A stretch of DNA of 47,512 nucleotides, taken from positions 1 through 47,512 of IMG/VR virus record IMGVR_UViG_3300032328_000467; one strand, written 5' to 3'. Positions 20,901 to 26,900 of the stretch are shown piece after piece (the first letter of the stretch is position 1; each line of letters starts with the position of its first letter). This stretch comes from a virus. Taxonomy: Duplodnaviria; Caudoviricetes. The translations under genes were made by a program, and so were the position numbers. The notes under the pieces are model-generated. The model searched no databases, was not told where the DNA came from, and saw nothing but the letters and a program-made list of their open reading frames with translations.

Positions 20901-22899
20901 CCCGATTCCTGCTGGCGTCGACAGCATTGACAACCGCGAATTCAGCAATGACGAAATTGTTGCTCGACTTCCTCAGGGTTACCGACACAGAATGATGGCT
21001 AACAAATTAGTGTTTATGGGGGACGACCCCGACCAGCCTGCCGTAATTTTTGATGATGTTGGGCAGTTATACTTCTTCAAAAAATGGCGTGACTATTTAG
21101 ACAATGATTTGCGTGGAGCCGAGCGAAAAACTGAAGGCAATATGCGTGGACCCGCCACTCAGAAAGCAATTATTGATTATATCAAGGACAACCAGCCCGG
21201 TGCTGGCGGGCAGGGAGTAGTTTTCAACGTCGTTCCTCTTGGTAACGACGGTGTTGTAGCGCAACTTCCTGCTGGCTATCGACACCGACCCTACCGAGGA
21301 AACGAAGTTTTCCGAAGGGAAAACGCTGACCGATACGCTTGGATTACTCCGAACAACCGAGTGCAGTATTGGGAAACCAGAAGCGGATATGTTCGTGGAG
21401 ATGAGCCTGCATTTGACCAAACTTTTGCTGACCGCGTAGAGGCAGAGCAAGCGCTGATTAAACTTATCAACACTGGAAGTTTTGCACAACAGCCAGCAAC
21501 ACCAGCAGTCAGAGACATTCCTGAGGGTTATGTTCGTAATGAGGCACTTGGTGGTCAACTGATTGATATTGATGTTGACTCCAACGACCCAGATGCACCA
21601 AATAAGCCTTCTGGTTTTGTTCAGTTTGATGTCGATACTGGAACGTGGAAGGCTCGTTATTGGGAGACTCAGCAGTCGCGTTCTGACCTTAATAGGGCAG
21701 ATAATATTACGGAGCACGCTAACGCAGAAGATGCCTTAAATGACTTGATTGACCAAATCAATGCTCGTGTTGAGGCTATGCGTGGACGCCAACCTGGTGA
21801 ACTTCCTGAAGGTTACATTATGGAAAATGTTGCTAGTGGCGACAATGCGTATGAAGTTAAGAACGCTAACGACCCAGACAACAATCTGTTTGTTCTTGTG
21901 GAGAAGGGTGCTGACGGAAAGTGGACTGCCTCTAAGTGGGCTACTGGACAAGCAGCCGCAGCCGCACGTTATCGTAGACCTGATTCTGCACAGACGTTTG
22001 ATACGCGTGAAGAAGCCCAAGTGTGGGCGGCAGACCAAGTTGCTGACCCTCTTGCTGAATTTGCTGACCTCACACTTACCGCTGGTGAATTGGCTATCAT
22101 TGCCGCCGACGGTGGTCAAATTTCTCCAAGAATGAGAGCGTCTTTGGAGATGAAGAGAGCGTTCTTGGCTGGGCATACCGTAGACAGAAGCGCATACCTA
22201 GACGGTAGCGGAAAGACTAAAAAAGTTATTTTGTCTGACGGAACCGTTGCGTACTTAAAAAAGGCAGGAAGGCTTGATGCTGACGATGTTGGACAGGCTG
22301 CTAGAGAGATGGCATCCGCAAGATTATTTGAGGCAGTGGGAATTCCACAAGACTTAGTAATGTGTGAAATTGAGGACATACAAACTGGAAAAATTCACGT
22401 TCTTTTTAAGGATGTCGAGGCTGAAGGCAAAGGCCGTGATTTTAGAAATGATGTTCGTTCCTATGATGGTGCTAGAGAAGTGGCACTTGTAGACGTATTA
22501 ATTGACAACGTCGACAGACACACTGGTAACTGGTACTACAGAAACTCTGACAGAATGATTTTGCCTATTGACAACGGTTATAGTCACTATGATTTTGACC
22601 GACAAAGAGGTGACAGAAGTAGAGCAAACATGACCCGCAACCGCATGGGACGTGACCTAGGGTTCGAAGCGCGTGACGGACTGCCTCCCGGATACGTAGA
22701 CAAATTTAGACCTCTAATTGCAGAATGGGCAGGGGGGCAGAGGGAACTTTTCTCTCAAGATGAAATGGAGAGGATTGCCGAAAGAGTTCGTGGACTTCGC
22801 GCAATGTATGAAGGGATGGGTTCCGATATGTTAGCATATTACGAGAACCGTATTTTGCCACGTTTAGATATATTACTAGGAATTTCGAGAGGAAACTAA
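8923..22899 (+). CDS. giant (4658 aa) multidomain head-associated protein: GNAT-like domain, two PI3K/PI4K-HipA-like kinase domains, repeats, poly-Gly linkers
   Basis: Uninterrupted 14-kb ORF with RBS AGGAGA. C-terminal DVLIDNVDRHTGN...IDNG. Internal GEVAAH...DVRDDN...IDLG. RNEGVG...HSYNLLNAG motif, LP(E/A)GY repeats, and position between portal and protease. Confidence 0.9.
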   Translation: MTNAFGLPEDFDSEYLGPLTAALFNDKWNSGGNSEINRRKNVAMQRRDKRGRWAWQGGRGFWKALLNGKVTNFVGRYLRADDDPNYMIFIVEDDNAEGIPGGLYRVNRRTVTMAKALLSEETLEESGVDLDVNGNRVGEVLDRDLEDVTANYLGPATPEDIASLDKPTDEEKAVVKANRKAAKNAKPYKSYNVVDEDGNRVDSDSDHEDPFPGEVNATDAFTPEQLAWAKRNFADYFFAQGLFPEASDQDLRRAIGGLKSRIAIAERGADDEGGLSLDDLKKRLDLAQTEEYNRGMLNPKASKRFLEDKFRARLGFPARGEAVAPAEEVVAEQPASIGGKYAIRRVADMLDEARAGGEEYRQKLENGEDVLPRGVDQAADAENLFDPEGVVNYEENFREWAGSKIDSDIATVQELIDVLAEFPEDDPRKADAPELTSLLETLLDDKKLYTTPQARMGERGRIANYPEFAIDDSFIEDSSFTQNQKLSLYNLAGYMDKTLESLTQAGLVGDQEKYEFQYAVASQIRDTLEAAKRANDEGRARSFSVFSGSEEARFQNMRFIQSSIETEASQDPKLKGQPVVVRAQAIAVNKHGRPMVLNFNGFRIVASTLDGGTLGYINDVDTRNGANYHDNSNERDKPRPVSVGMIAVHNAVGRYNMMAGPSVRNEGVGGFMVNMARWVSVQSGRPFEHSYNLLNAGNFYSKLVSLRTDYHSREQRDKFLFERFGGLDNPLFKALDSLGWLTADFKKPLGIKTQTSSANVGPLNKRFVIPLFGDKTAYSPDGGMAGILRDAYHNDPNARPGVDYPAIMEDHIKGENEDWSKFDIQQLILRSIYRGQLNKEQLVARLKEISTQFREFVDRNENDPPDSMRIMKAVKHAKDVVKALEDDRLIAALRRAEDFTGKFDEQPKFDIFNAQFFQSPFPGANSNFVNFKIPEGATKVDVRPTFVPRAVRPEGSPEGWTENPTTLAGMFGYDELVFSLQSAVNSNDQDATLYFNGAEGKVNVAAVYRAISEQGRRADEVLATIYDQIAGNEDNKNALADHDAQIRGINEEIERVADEVNPNMKAPVVFDEIGGVYAPRQNIIFAGQYVRRDVPDESGPLRISPLLSRNTDVAFAGNRGNGIYPAAYEPSLSSDDWLQRGVTDNPRIIARNFSPSALEEALRAYINTDGRNRPTLVFPNGKQVQVKIEAIRDALQHQGVDTEAIINDPIYADIVVVSRKGTIPLGTLRTERDGVAYESDSYEIVGDGAQIAVLTASDEVAVGTPQLIVEAKPNGAADRIVQATVTKLPSGDFALSYNRPYELGDGQEFAYVEEFMDFDSAVFALNKAITDDYHLRPNTLHRIYRLVNAPAASDNPHLYGDVTIEEGLEGGIVRRVSYRNKGAAGNSAINIEESLGGGLYAYSTRVDSAGQIKRERIGKFETSVDDDGNRTYALTSFPGNIGNFLLGYKTTSKESATEVLKYIASIQNALPVFMGTREDLSLVRERLLNNPEITKISNLKTETDASGVTKSTADLVMGDGRAAKLTVTYNTVKQGVYRVNDRNYIYATVSIDNVDGDYIYRGAISRTSKSGWLADISAPGQQFRERPLRKSVDRIPPEEAKNILVDEFKRVLSEKFKISPDKVQQMIPAGTPVEGITEIPAGRVVDPITDPNLLRQGDDVAVGSMERAKNIVARIGSEQIVLPARFLAEVTARSEEVRGNRLKTLLKKLGLNSMEERGVVSRITDGQVLLGASGPWKFETLNGLVLKVKNYARNWNASRRKDGPIDPDAQSRAVRGEVAAHALFDLLGIRASPGGIGVTERVADKPTREVLAELFEPNVVSGEVGVAVNQDGQPVDGNALKWFNTPADNPDFAQAQRDIIDMHVGAALIGTSDVRDDNALLSRDQNGVLRVTNIDLGGSLGQDIGGYAYDKRQDDSLFSNNIFSYFEKMFVDDGKEGELLQAITEGNMDYRIYPRGTRHLGGITLGQFKKSVEEKIAPLSPNALRKLFSGIYSDEEDKQNALKGVLRRRTDLLSLLSIEDPHRDEQTFETSDVSSTPSVGGDGGGSDGGGGGGGGGGGGDDSEIPEPDYTPAGVNPPYKVLRRRFVNANGISVAIDVVERIPGTIDYYLPKTGERIGGIRPRANGDYIVTFRGMRTVVRQDFMANEPTFRQAPALRDAKHIASMEAFFGNTMDVNSTAEVEFPAILSTEDVPGQILLSGGIKGYLDSLKAIVTPEDRRFENEPVKIIGREHGLAEAAWGGRDSIYAALKTRRVPPQDTEYFLSVADLGVGSLTQREVFEIVEEILSRYPANDGSDTTTTSPSTETTTKKSDNETPVPPQVETAKNVAELKVGDYIVGIGRVAYVVDDGGNAINVGIIDNAGKFRNNPYTRNVMLFINNQADPRRNVTNIEGGRNAVDNFAQEGNRTLDDVKAAYPNHRILPNGDLLLATKDEREKSGEKRTFRHEVIVHRTGTEEFVSYIRRYQIDPRTGQRIGNFTEAAFLSEPAHSSQALLNRIPGRLAILRGEEGRLVAKFPQQGDFQVEVRDPRTGMRIPPRLLPIRNEDFIGDTGIAKTGDPVKDAVIGYISNMIDRGYLNNAVLSRMRDNGILNEQQIMDVIERVEARRRAPVNAVPYVGRDRQTIIRVGDEVDHFDAHGNFLKKGKVTGRVPLKVYVKPPFGVYEYQDLVTVRWEDGTTGPAISSRRLQPTKRANGEAPVPLGGEILNPFIEQEGPEIDDMDNPNFRGAVAQRNRIQPIPVPNGYELRGPDPTTSYSFVSVDNPSGPMAQVQIIDGMWVARFQASQGAPVEEKRYVNEIQARNWAINQINKANATETERSSTSTPPGGGGGGGGGGGGGGGGGGGGGGGSPSSSDSEVSDQLDTEVWVDNQDKAEDFEDSQNTGGFPFGIITNLNGRGNVIQYGEVPDEPGEFFVQMEDENEEEIFRADGYKGIEEVRRLAYQLTNTFPNNYHELVMEDGKIRTVHVDNEDKPMPFASRDGQTIEFYDAQGRRISRHEQVEDFIAVRKFVKDKLDEINRQAPSTSTSDSAIGSEVPQEFIDAGVRNPDADLPEGWEHYAMTIGGRPFGVYRRGDNNIQYLENEDGNYIARVQDSAGLEVISYEFYNFVEARKYALGLAKNLPEGYHIEAPEGFGAQEYRLVKDNIEGDNIVGIMGQNQPGGRRVLVTNGGNIVFEERFDDYEENLSEAQDILRRVLERQNFAAPVVDDAIDNGEVNVRLPEGYQRREDARRFIIFERGLGDPEVTIDRLRDADGKIKVIAEKLKNGLGGNLEKRTFTVDNAEEAALLAQRILQSSVLPEGYRVKPNSADPTIYLIGKFNEDGNINIVNGPQASIVPIGDRNNPSGYSIRIHRRGENGQLQMFAEYDVDISGGDRASLERAIRMGTALLNERMDAENNNQEDAKPPQDWVVQEIGDGYKVIVGGRPQGVEYNVRGDGYVTVDGGQDREAPIRVMAVKFSERGEDRADNKRRVLNGIARIEQAADVDARLRGQGAQNQDPMVLAADRIDMADVPFGQGLPDGFEEKINPSGQMVTISGEVNGKEARIYYATKTGDNGKFEARVFFDGREVGNFNEDNMKDARERALNVLTEIIRAQQGGGGAGADVGIEGYVEEFREDWGNFISPPGFKDMPPLRRNRLRKPFGWYRLEPDERGRFGTNFFNYDSNGRMTQEQEKFATKEEARQHLIDKIKAELPIRQAEEALRAEGIALGRGLPQIQGPEQLKEEITPLGKMVRIMGKHNDVEIAAYYGVAPTDSGQFEYKIYSNGTIVSQGFEPDIPGVREAALDGLRGVIDRLDALGNGGGGGFLGRLPAGYKVRNLDAVGLKIIHGDDPRQPAIVWNMADGEVYYFKSYQRYVDRGFDGAEDAETDVFDQVDFQEKAVDHIVNEQIQNLANLQFNEAYKRELNDRELVAQLPAGYQYEVRGMDDFYFPPTVYYNPDDPNAKAVVIGADDGIVRIYNNYQEVVDEEGARETYDDMQDPIRAQVKAIKLLNPDALNPIPAGVDSIDNREFSNDEIVARLPQGYRHRMMANKLVFMGDDPDQPAVIFDDVGQLYFFKKWRDYLDNDLRGAERKTEGNMRGPATQKAIIDYIKDNQPGAGGQGVVFNVVPLGNDGVVAQLPAGYRHRPYRGNEVFRRENADRYAWITPNNRVQYWETRSGYVRGDEPAFDQTFADRVEAEQALIKLINTGSFAQQPATPAVRDIPEGYVRNEALGGQLIDIDVDSNDPDAPNKPSGFVQFDVDTGTWKARYWETQQSRSDLNRADNITEHANAEDALNDLIDQINARVEAMRGRQPGELPEGYIMENVASGDNAYEVKNANDPDNNLFVLVEKGADGKWTASKWATGQAAAAARYRRPDSAQTFDTREEAQVWAADQVADPLAEFADLTLTAGELAIIAADGGQISPRMRASLEMKRAFLAGHTVDRSAYLDGSGKTKKVILSDGTVAYLKKAGRLDADDVGQAAREMASARLFEAVGIPQDLVMCEIEDIQTGKIHVLFKDVEAEGKGRDFRNDVRSYDGAREVALVDVLIDNVDRHTGNWYYRNSDRMILPIDNGYSHYDFDRQRGDRSRANMTRNRMGRDLGFEARDGLPPGYVDKFRPLIAEWAGGQRELFSQDEMERIAERVRGLRAMYEGMGSDMLAYYENRILPRLDILLGISRGN
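15064..15099 (+). repeat. GGC/GGA microsatellite encoding Gly12 linker
   Basis: Direct reading; follows the first kinase-like domain. Confidence 0.9.
17392..17460 (+). repeat. GGC/GGA microsatellite encoding Gly23 linker
   Basis: Direct reading; (GGAGGCGGC)n units. Confidence 0.9.
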
Positions 22900-23192
22900 T
22901 GCTTGCTTTTTATGATTCAGACACCAATAAACTTATTGGAACAGTAAAACTTGTTGACGGTAAAAAGGTTATTGAGGCTAAAGCAGAATTAGATTATAAT
23001 TTTTTAGAAAGTATATCGGGCAATACGGAGCAGGGTACTCAAATGTTTTTTGAGCAGTTTACTGACTACGGTAGTATGTCAATGTACACCGCAGAATTTG
23101 CAGATGACGAAGTAGCACCCGACCCCGCCCCATTATCTGAAGAGCCTCCTGAAGTTTGGACTGCAGAAGAGATAAAAAAGAAATGGAGATGA
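22899..23192 (+). CDS. small acidic protein, candidate immunity/partner of the C-terminal kinase
   Basis: TAATG stop/start overlap with the giant ORF; acidic, 97 aa. Function inferred from position only. Confidence 0.7.
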   Translation: MLAFYDSDTNKLIGTVKLVDGKKVIEAKAELDYNFLESISGNTEQGTQMFFEQFTDYGSMSMYTAEFADDEVAPDPAPLSEEPPEVWTAEEIKKKWR

Positions 23193-23198
23193 GGCTAA

Positions 23199-23882
23199 GT
23201 GCCTACAAAAAATTCGACGTTTAATATCAAGTCCACAACCATAAAGCCCGTTTTTCCTACGGTTGGTGTTCTTATGTCTGCTCAGGGAACTGACGAACAG
23301 GCGGAGGTTTCAACGTTTGTTGGTGCTTACTACGACACAAACGAGGAGTTTCAGGGGCTTTACATTGCCAAGCCAGATGGTTCATTGGACTATTTTGATA
23401 TTGAAATTGAGGACATTGTTGCTCAGGGGAGTGACCAACTTATTCGTTTTGATGCTGAGGGAAAAAACTATCTTCTAAGGCCTTTGTATACAGAAGACGG
23501 AGAGTTTATTTCTAAGTACAAGATTGACTTACCAAAGTTGGTTTTGGAAAATAAAATTATTTTGGAGTCGAAGCCAGCAATTGAAAAGTTTACTGGCGTA
23601 GAACTTGACGATGACGAAGTTCCATTTTTTGAAGGTTTGTATTGTTACTACTTGGTAGATAGCCCAATCATTATGAGCATTATCTATATGTCTTCTGCTG
23701 GAATTTTTGCTAGAAGAAACGGTGAGTGGAAGTTAGAAAACCTTATTCCTGATATTTATGAGGGCATTCCAGCGTTTGAAATAAGCGTTGATGGAGCAAA
23801 ACAACTTCTCGACCAGTTTGATAAAAACAACAACAAATTCTCTACGGAAGACGCTAAAAAATTATCGGTTGACCCCGAATAA
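23199..23882 (+). CDS. acidic hypothetical protein
   Basis: 227-aa ORF with GAGG RBS before GTG, in operon context. Confidence 0.75.
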   Translation: MPTKNSTFNIKSTTIKPVFPTVGVLMSAQGTDEQAEVSTFVGAYYDTNEEFQGLYIAKPDGSLDYFDIEIEDIVAQGSDQLIRFDAEGKNYLLRPLYTEDGEFISKYKIDLPKLVLENKIILESKPAIEKFTGVELDDDEVPFFEGLYCYYLVDSPIIMSIIYMSSAGIFARRNGEWKLENLIPDIYEGIPAFEISVDGAKQLLDQFDKNNNKFSTEDAKKLSVDPE

Positions 23883-23927
23883 TCTATAATTACTTATAGA
23901 AGCCGTTCTACCTAACAAGGATTATTA

Positions 23928-26900
23928 ATGTCGCAGTTTATCGGAAGGCGCAATGACTTAGCAGTCTACGCCAACGACACCAACTACGTTGAGATTGACA
24001 CCAATCTAAATGTTGTTGTTGCTTCTGGATACACCAGCGATATTGAGTCTTCTGAAATTACAAAAACTTTTGAGTCCCACGACGGTTCGACTGTAGAACT
24101 AGCCGCAAGTGCTTTGTCAGTTTTAGGACCTAAGGCACTAACCGCAGCAGCGCGTCTCTACACTATTCCAGAGGGCGTCAAGAAAGAGGCAAAGAAGTCT
24201 CTTGAATGGCGCAAGGAGCACAAGCGCGGTGGCACTCCTGTTGGACTAAACACTGCCCGCACTCTTTCTAAGGGTGGACAGATTGGTATTGAAAAAGTAC
24301 GCCACATCGCTAAGTATTTCCCTCGTCACGAAGTTGACAAAAAGGGTAAAGGCTGGGAGCCAAGTGAAGACAACTTCCCTAGCAACGGGCGTATCGCGTG
24401 GGCACTGTGGGGTGGCGACGCGGGGTGGCGTTGGGCTAAAGCAATTGTCGAGCGTGAGGAAAAGAAAGCACTCAAGGCTGACGGCTATATGCAGGATATT
24501 GGTGCTGACCTAAGCCCATTCAATATGGCTGAAATTTATGATGAAAGCGTTGCCCCAGAATTTCTAGCCCGCGTCCATATGGACGGCTCAGGAATTGACA
24601 GAGTTTACAAGGTCGATTTAGACGGTTCTGTTTATGTTTGGGACGACGGCGCTTGGGACAATGCTGGTATCCGAGGTGGTGACATTTGGGTTTATGACGA
24701 TTCACTCGATGAACTTCGAGGAGACGATAGCCAGTCGCACATTATTATTGACCCAGATTCAGCAATTGTTGTTTGCGCGAAACTACAGAACAATCCTTTC
24801 AAAAAAGTTCTTATTAGTGAAATTGACCCAGAAGAGTACGCACTATTCGAGGGTTATGAAGATGATGACGACAATGAACTGGAGTTTATTGATGATGTCA
24901 TTATCGCTGCTCTCCCGCCACAAGCGCCAGCAGATGGATATACGTCTGCGGAACGTTCTGAGAATGTTCAAAAGCAACCACGTGACGCTCGCGGTCTTTT
25001 TGTCCAAGTTGGTAAAAACGTCGTTGTTGGTGGAGATTCGCAAAATGGTCGTGGTGAAATTAAATCAATCAATGACGATGGGACGGTAAGTGTCCGTTTA
25101 CTTGATGGTCGAGTGATTAACGTTGACTCTAAACTAACTGAAACGTACACTGCTCCTAGAGGTGGAGAAACTCAAGTTGCGAAAGAACAATCTTCTCCAT
25201 CATCAGATGAGCCACTTGACCTTTCTGGAATTATTGGTGAGCCACGCACCCCGCAGAACATGCCTAAAGCGCGACTACCTGGCACCCTTCCCCCTATTAG
25301 CGCCAGTGACTTACATTCTGTTCTTACGGACTGGGACGGTTGGGTAAAGTCTCAGCGCGGTCAGTTTAAAAAACCAAAACCTTCAGAGGGTGACCACCCA
25401 CTTATTCAGAGACTGGCTAATCGTGGCGGTGGAAACAGCAAGCGTGCTCCTTTGTCTGACACCGCTGATGCGTGGGCGCGTCCAGTAACTTCAGCAGCGG
25501 AACCAAAAACTTCTGACGTTCAGCCTCTTTACCTAGCAATTGTTTCTCCTGAAGACCCTCGTGCGGTTATGGATTTAGTTGCTGTTGTTCCTGCCAGCGC
25601 CACTTCTAATTCTCCTATGACGTATGTTCGTAAGGAAGAGGAGTGGGTGCGTGACCCGCAGTTCTTGGAAGACTTGAAATCTGCTACGCCACCCCCCGTT
25701 GTCCCACTTAAGCCAGAAGTACTTCAAGACGTTCTTCAGCAAGTTGATTCGATTACTGCTAGTGCTTACAACCATTCGCTTATGGTTTTGTGGGGTCCAC
25801 GAAAAGATGTAATGGAAGCCAAAGAAGCAGAGTTCGTGGCTGACCTAGAATCACTTTTCGCTGTCGGTGGTGCAGACAAAAATCGTGGCAATGCTGAAAA
25901 TCTACGTAGGTACTGGACTCGTGGCAAGGGCGCTGCGAAGATTCGTTGGGGCACTCCCGGTGACTGGACGCGTTGCGTAAAGTATCTCAGTAAGTATCTT
26001 GGTATTCGCGCAAAGGGTTACTGCCAATTGCGTCACAAGGACGCCACTGGTATGTACACTGGCTCGCGTAACAACCCTGGTAACGAAAACGCTATGGAAG
26101 AGCCTATGTATGGTTTCCCCGGCGTGGACACGATTGACATTACTGAAGAAGATTTGCTTATCCCTCTTGATGAAATTATGAAGGAAAGCGACGACCTTTA
26201 CGAAGCCAACTGGGAGCCAGAAGAGGAAATTGTTGCCGCGCTCAAGGAACTCAACGAGTGCGCCGACGAAGAATTTGAAGCACTAGTTGCTGCTGCTTGG
26301 TGGGAGGGAAGTGGGCGTAAGGCTCGAAGACTGAAACGCTACTGGACTCGCGGTAAGGGCGGTAGAGCCAAAATTCGTTGGAACAGTGGTGGCGACTGGT
26401 ACCGCTGCGTTCGAAATCTAACTAAGTATCTTGGACCTAGAGCCAAAGGTTATTGCGCCTTACGCCACAAAGAAGTTACAGGTATGTGGACTGGAGACAG
26501 AGCACACCTAATCAAGTACGGTGGTCGTGTGGGGGGCAGAGCAAACTTTGCTAACGATACTCTAAAGTCGAGCGAGCAGATTATTTCGGAGTTCCAACTT
26601 AGGGCTAAAGCACAAGAAATTAAAGAATCTGCTGGTCTAGTTGCGTCTGGTGTTTACGACGATTCAGTCGGACCACGTTTCTCTATTCCGCTTGTAATTC
26701 CTGAAGAGCACGAATCTGGCGACGGAAGAAGTTTCCAGAAAGAGGCTATTTCTTGGAGAGAATTCCCCCTACCTCTTATGTGGCAGATTCAGACTTCTGA
26801 CGGCCACAACGGTTCTGTTGTAGTTGGTCGCATCGACCATATGGAACGGGTGGAAAATGGAATTGGAAACTGTTACGGCGTTTTCGATACTAGCGCACAC

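Noticed and set aside
8923-22899. Giant ORF as tape measure, tail fibre or ADP-ribosyltransferase/MuF fusion
   Set aside because: A proper tape measure exists at 36428, the ORF lies in the head module, and I could not recognise MuF or ART motifs (a profile search could overturn this last point).
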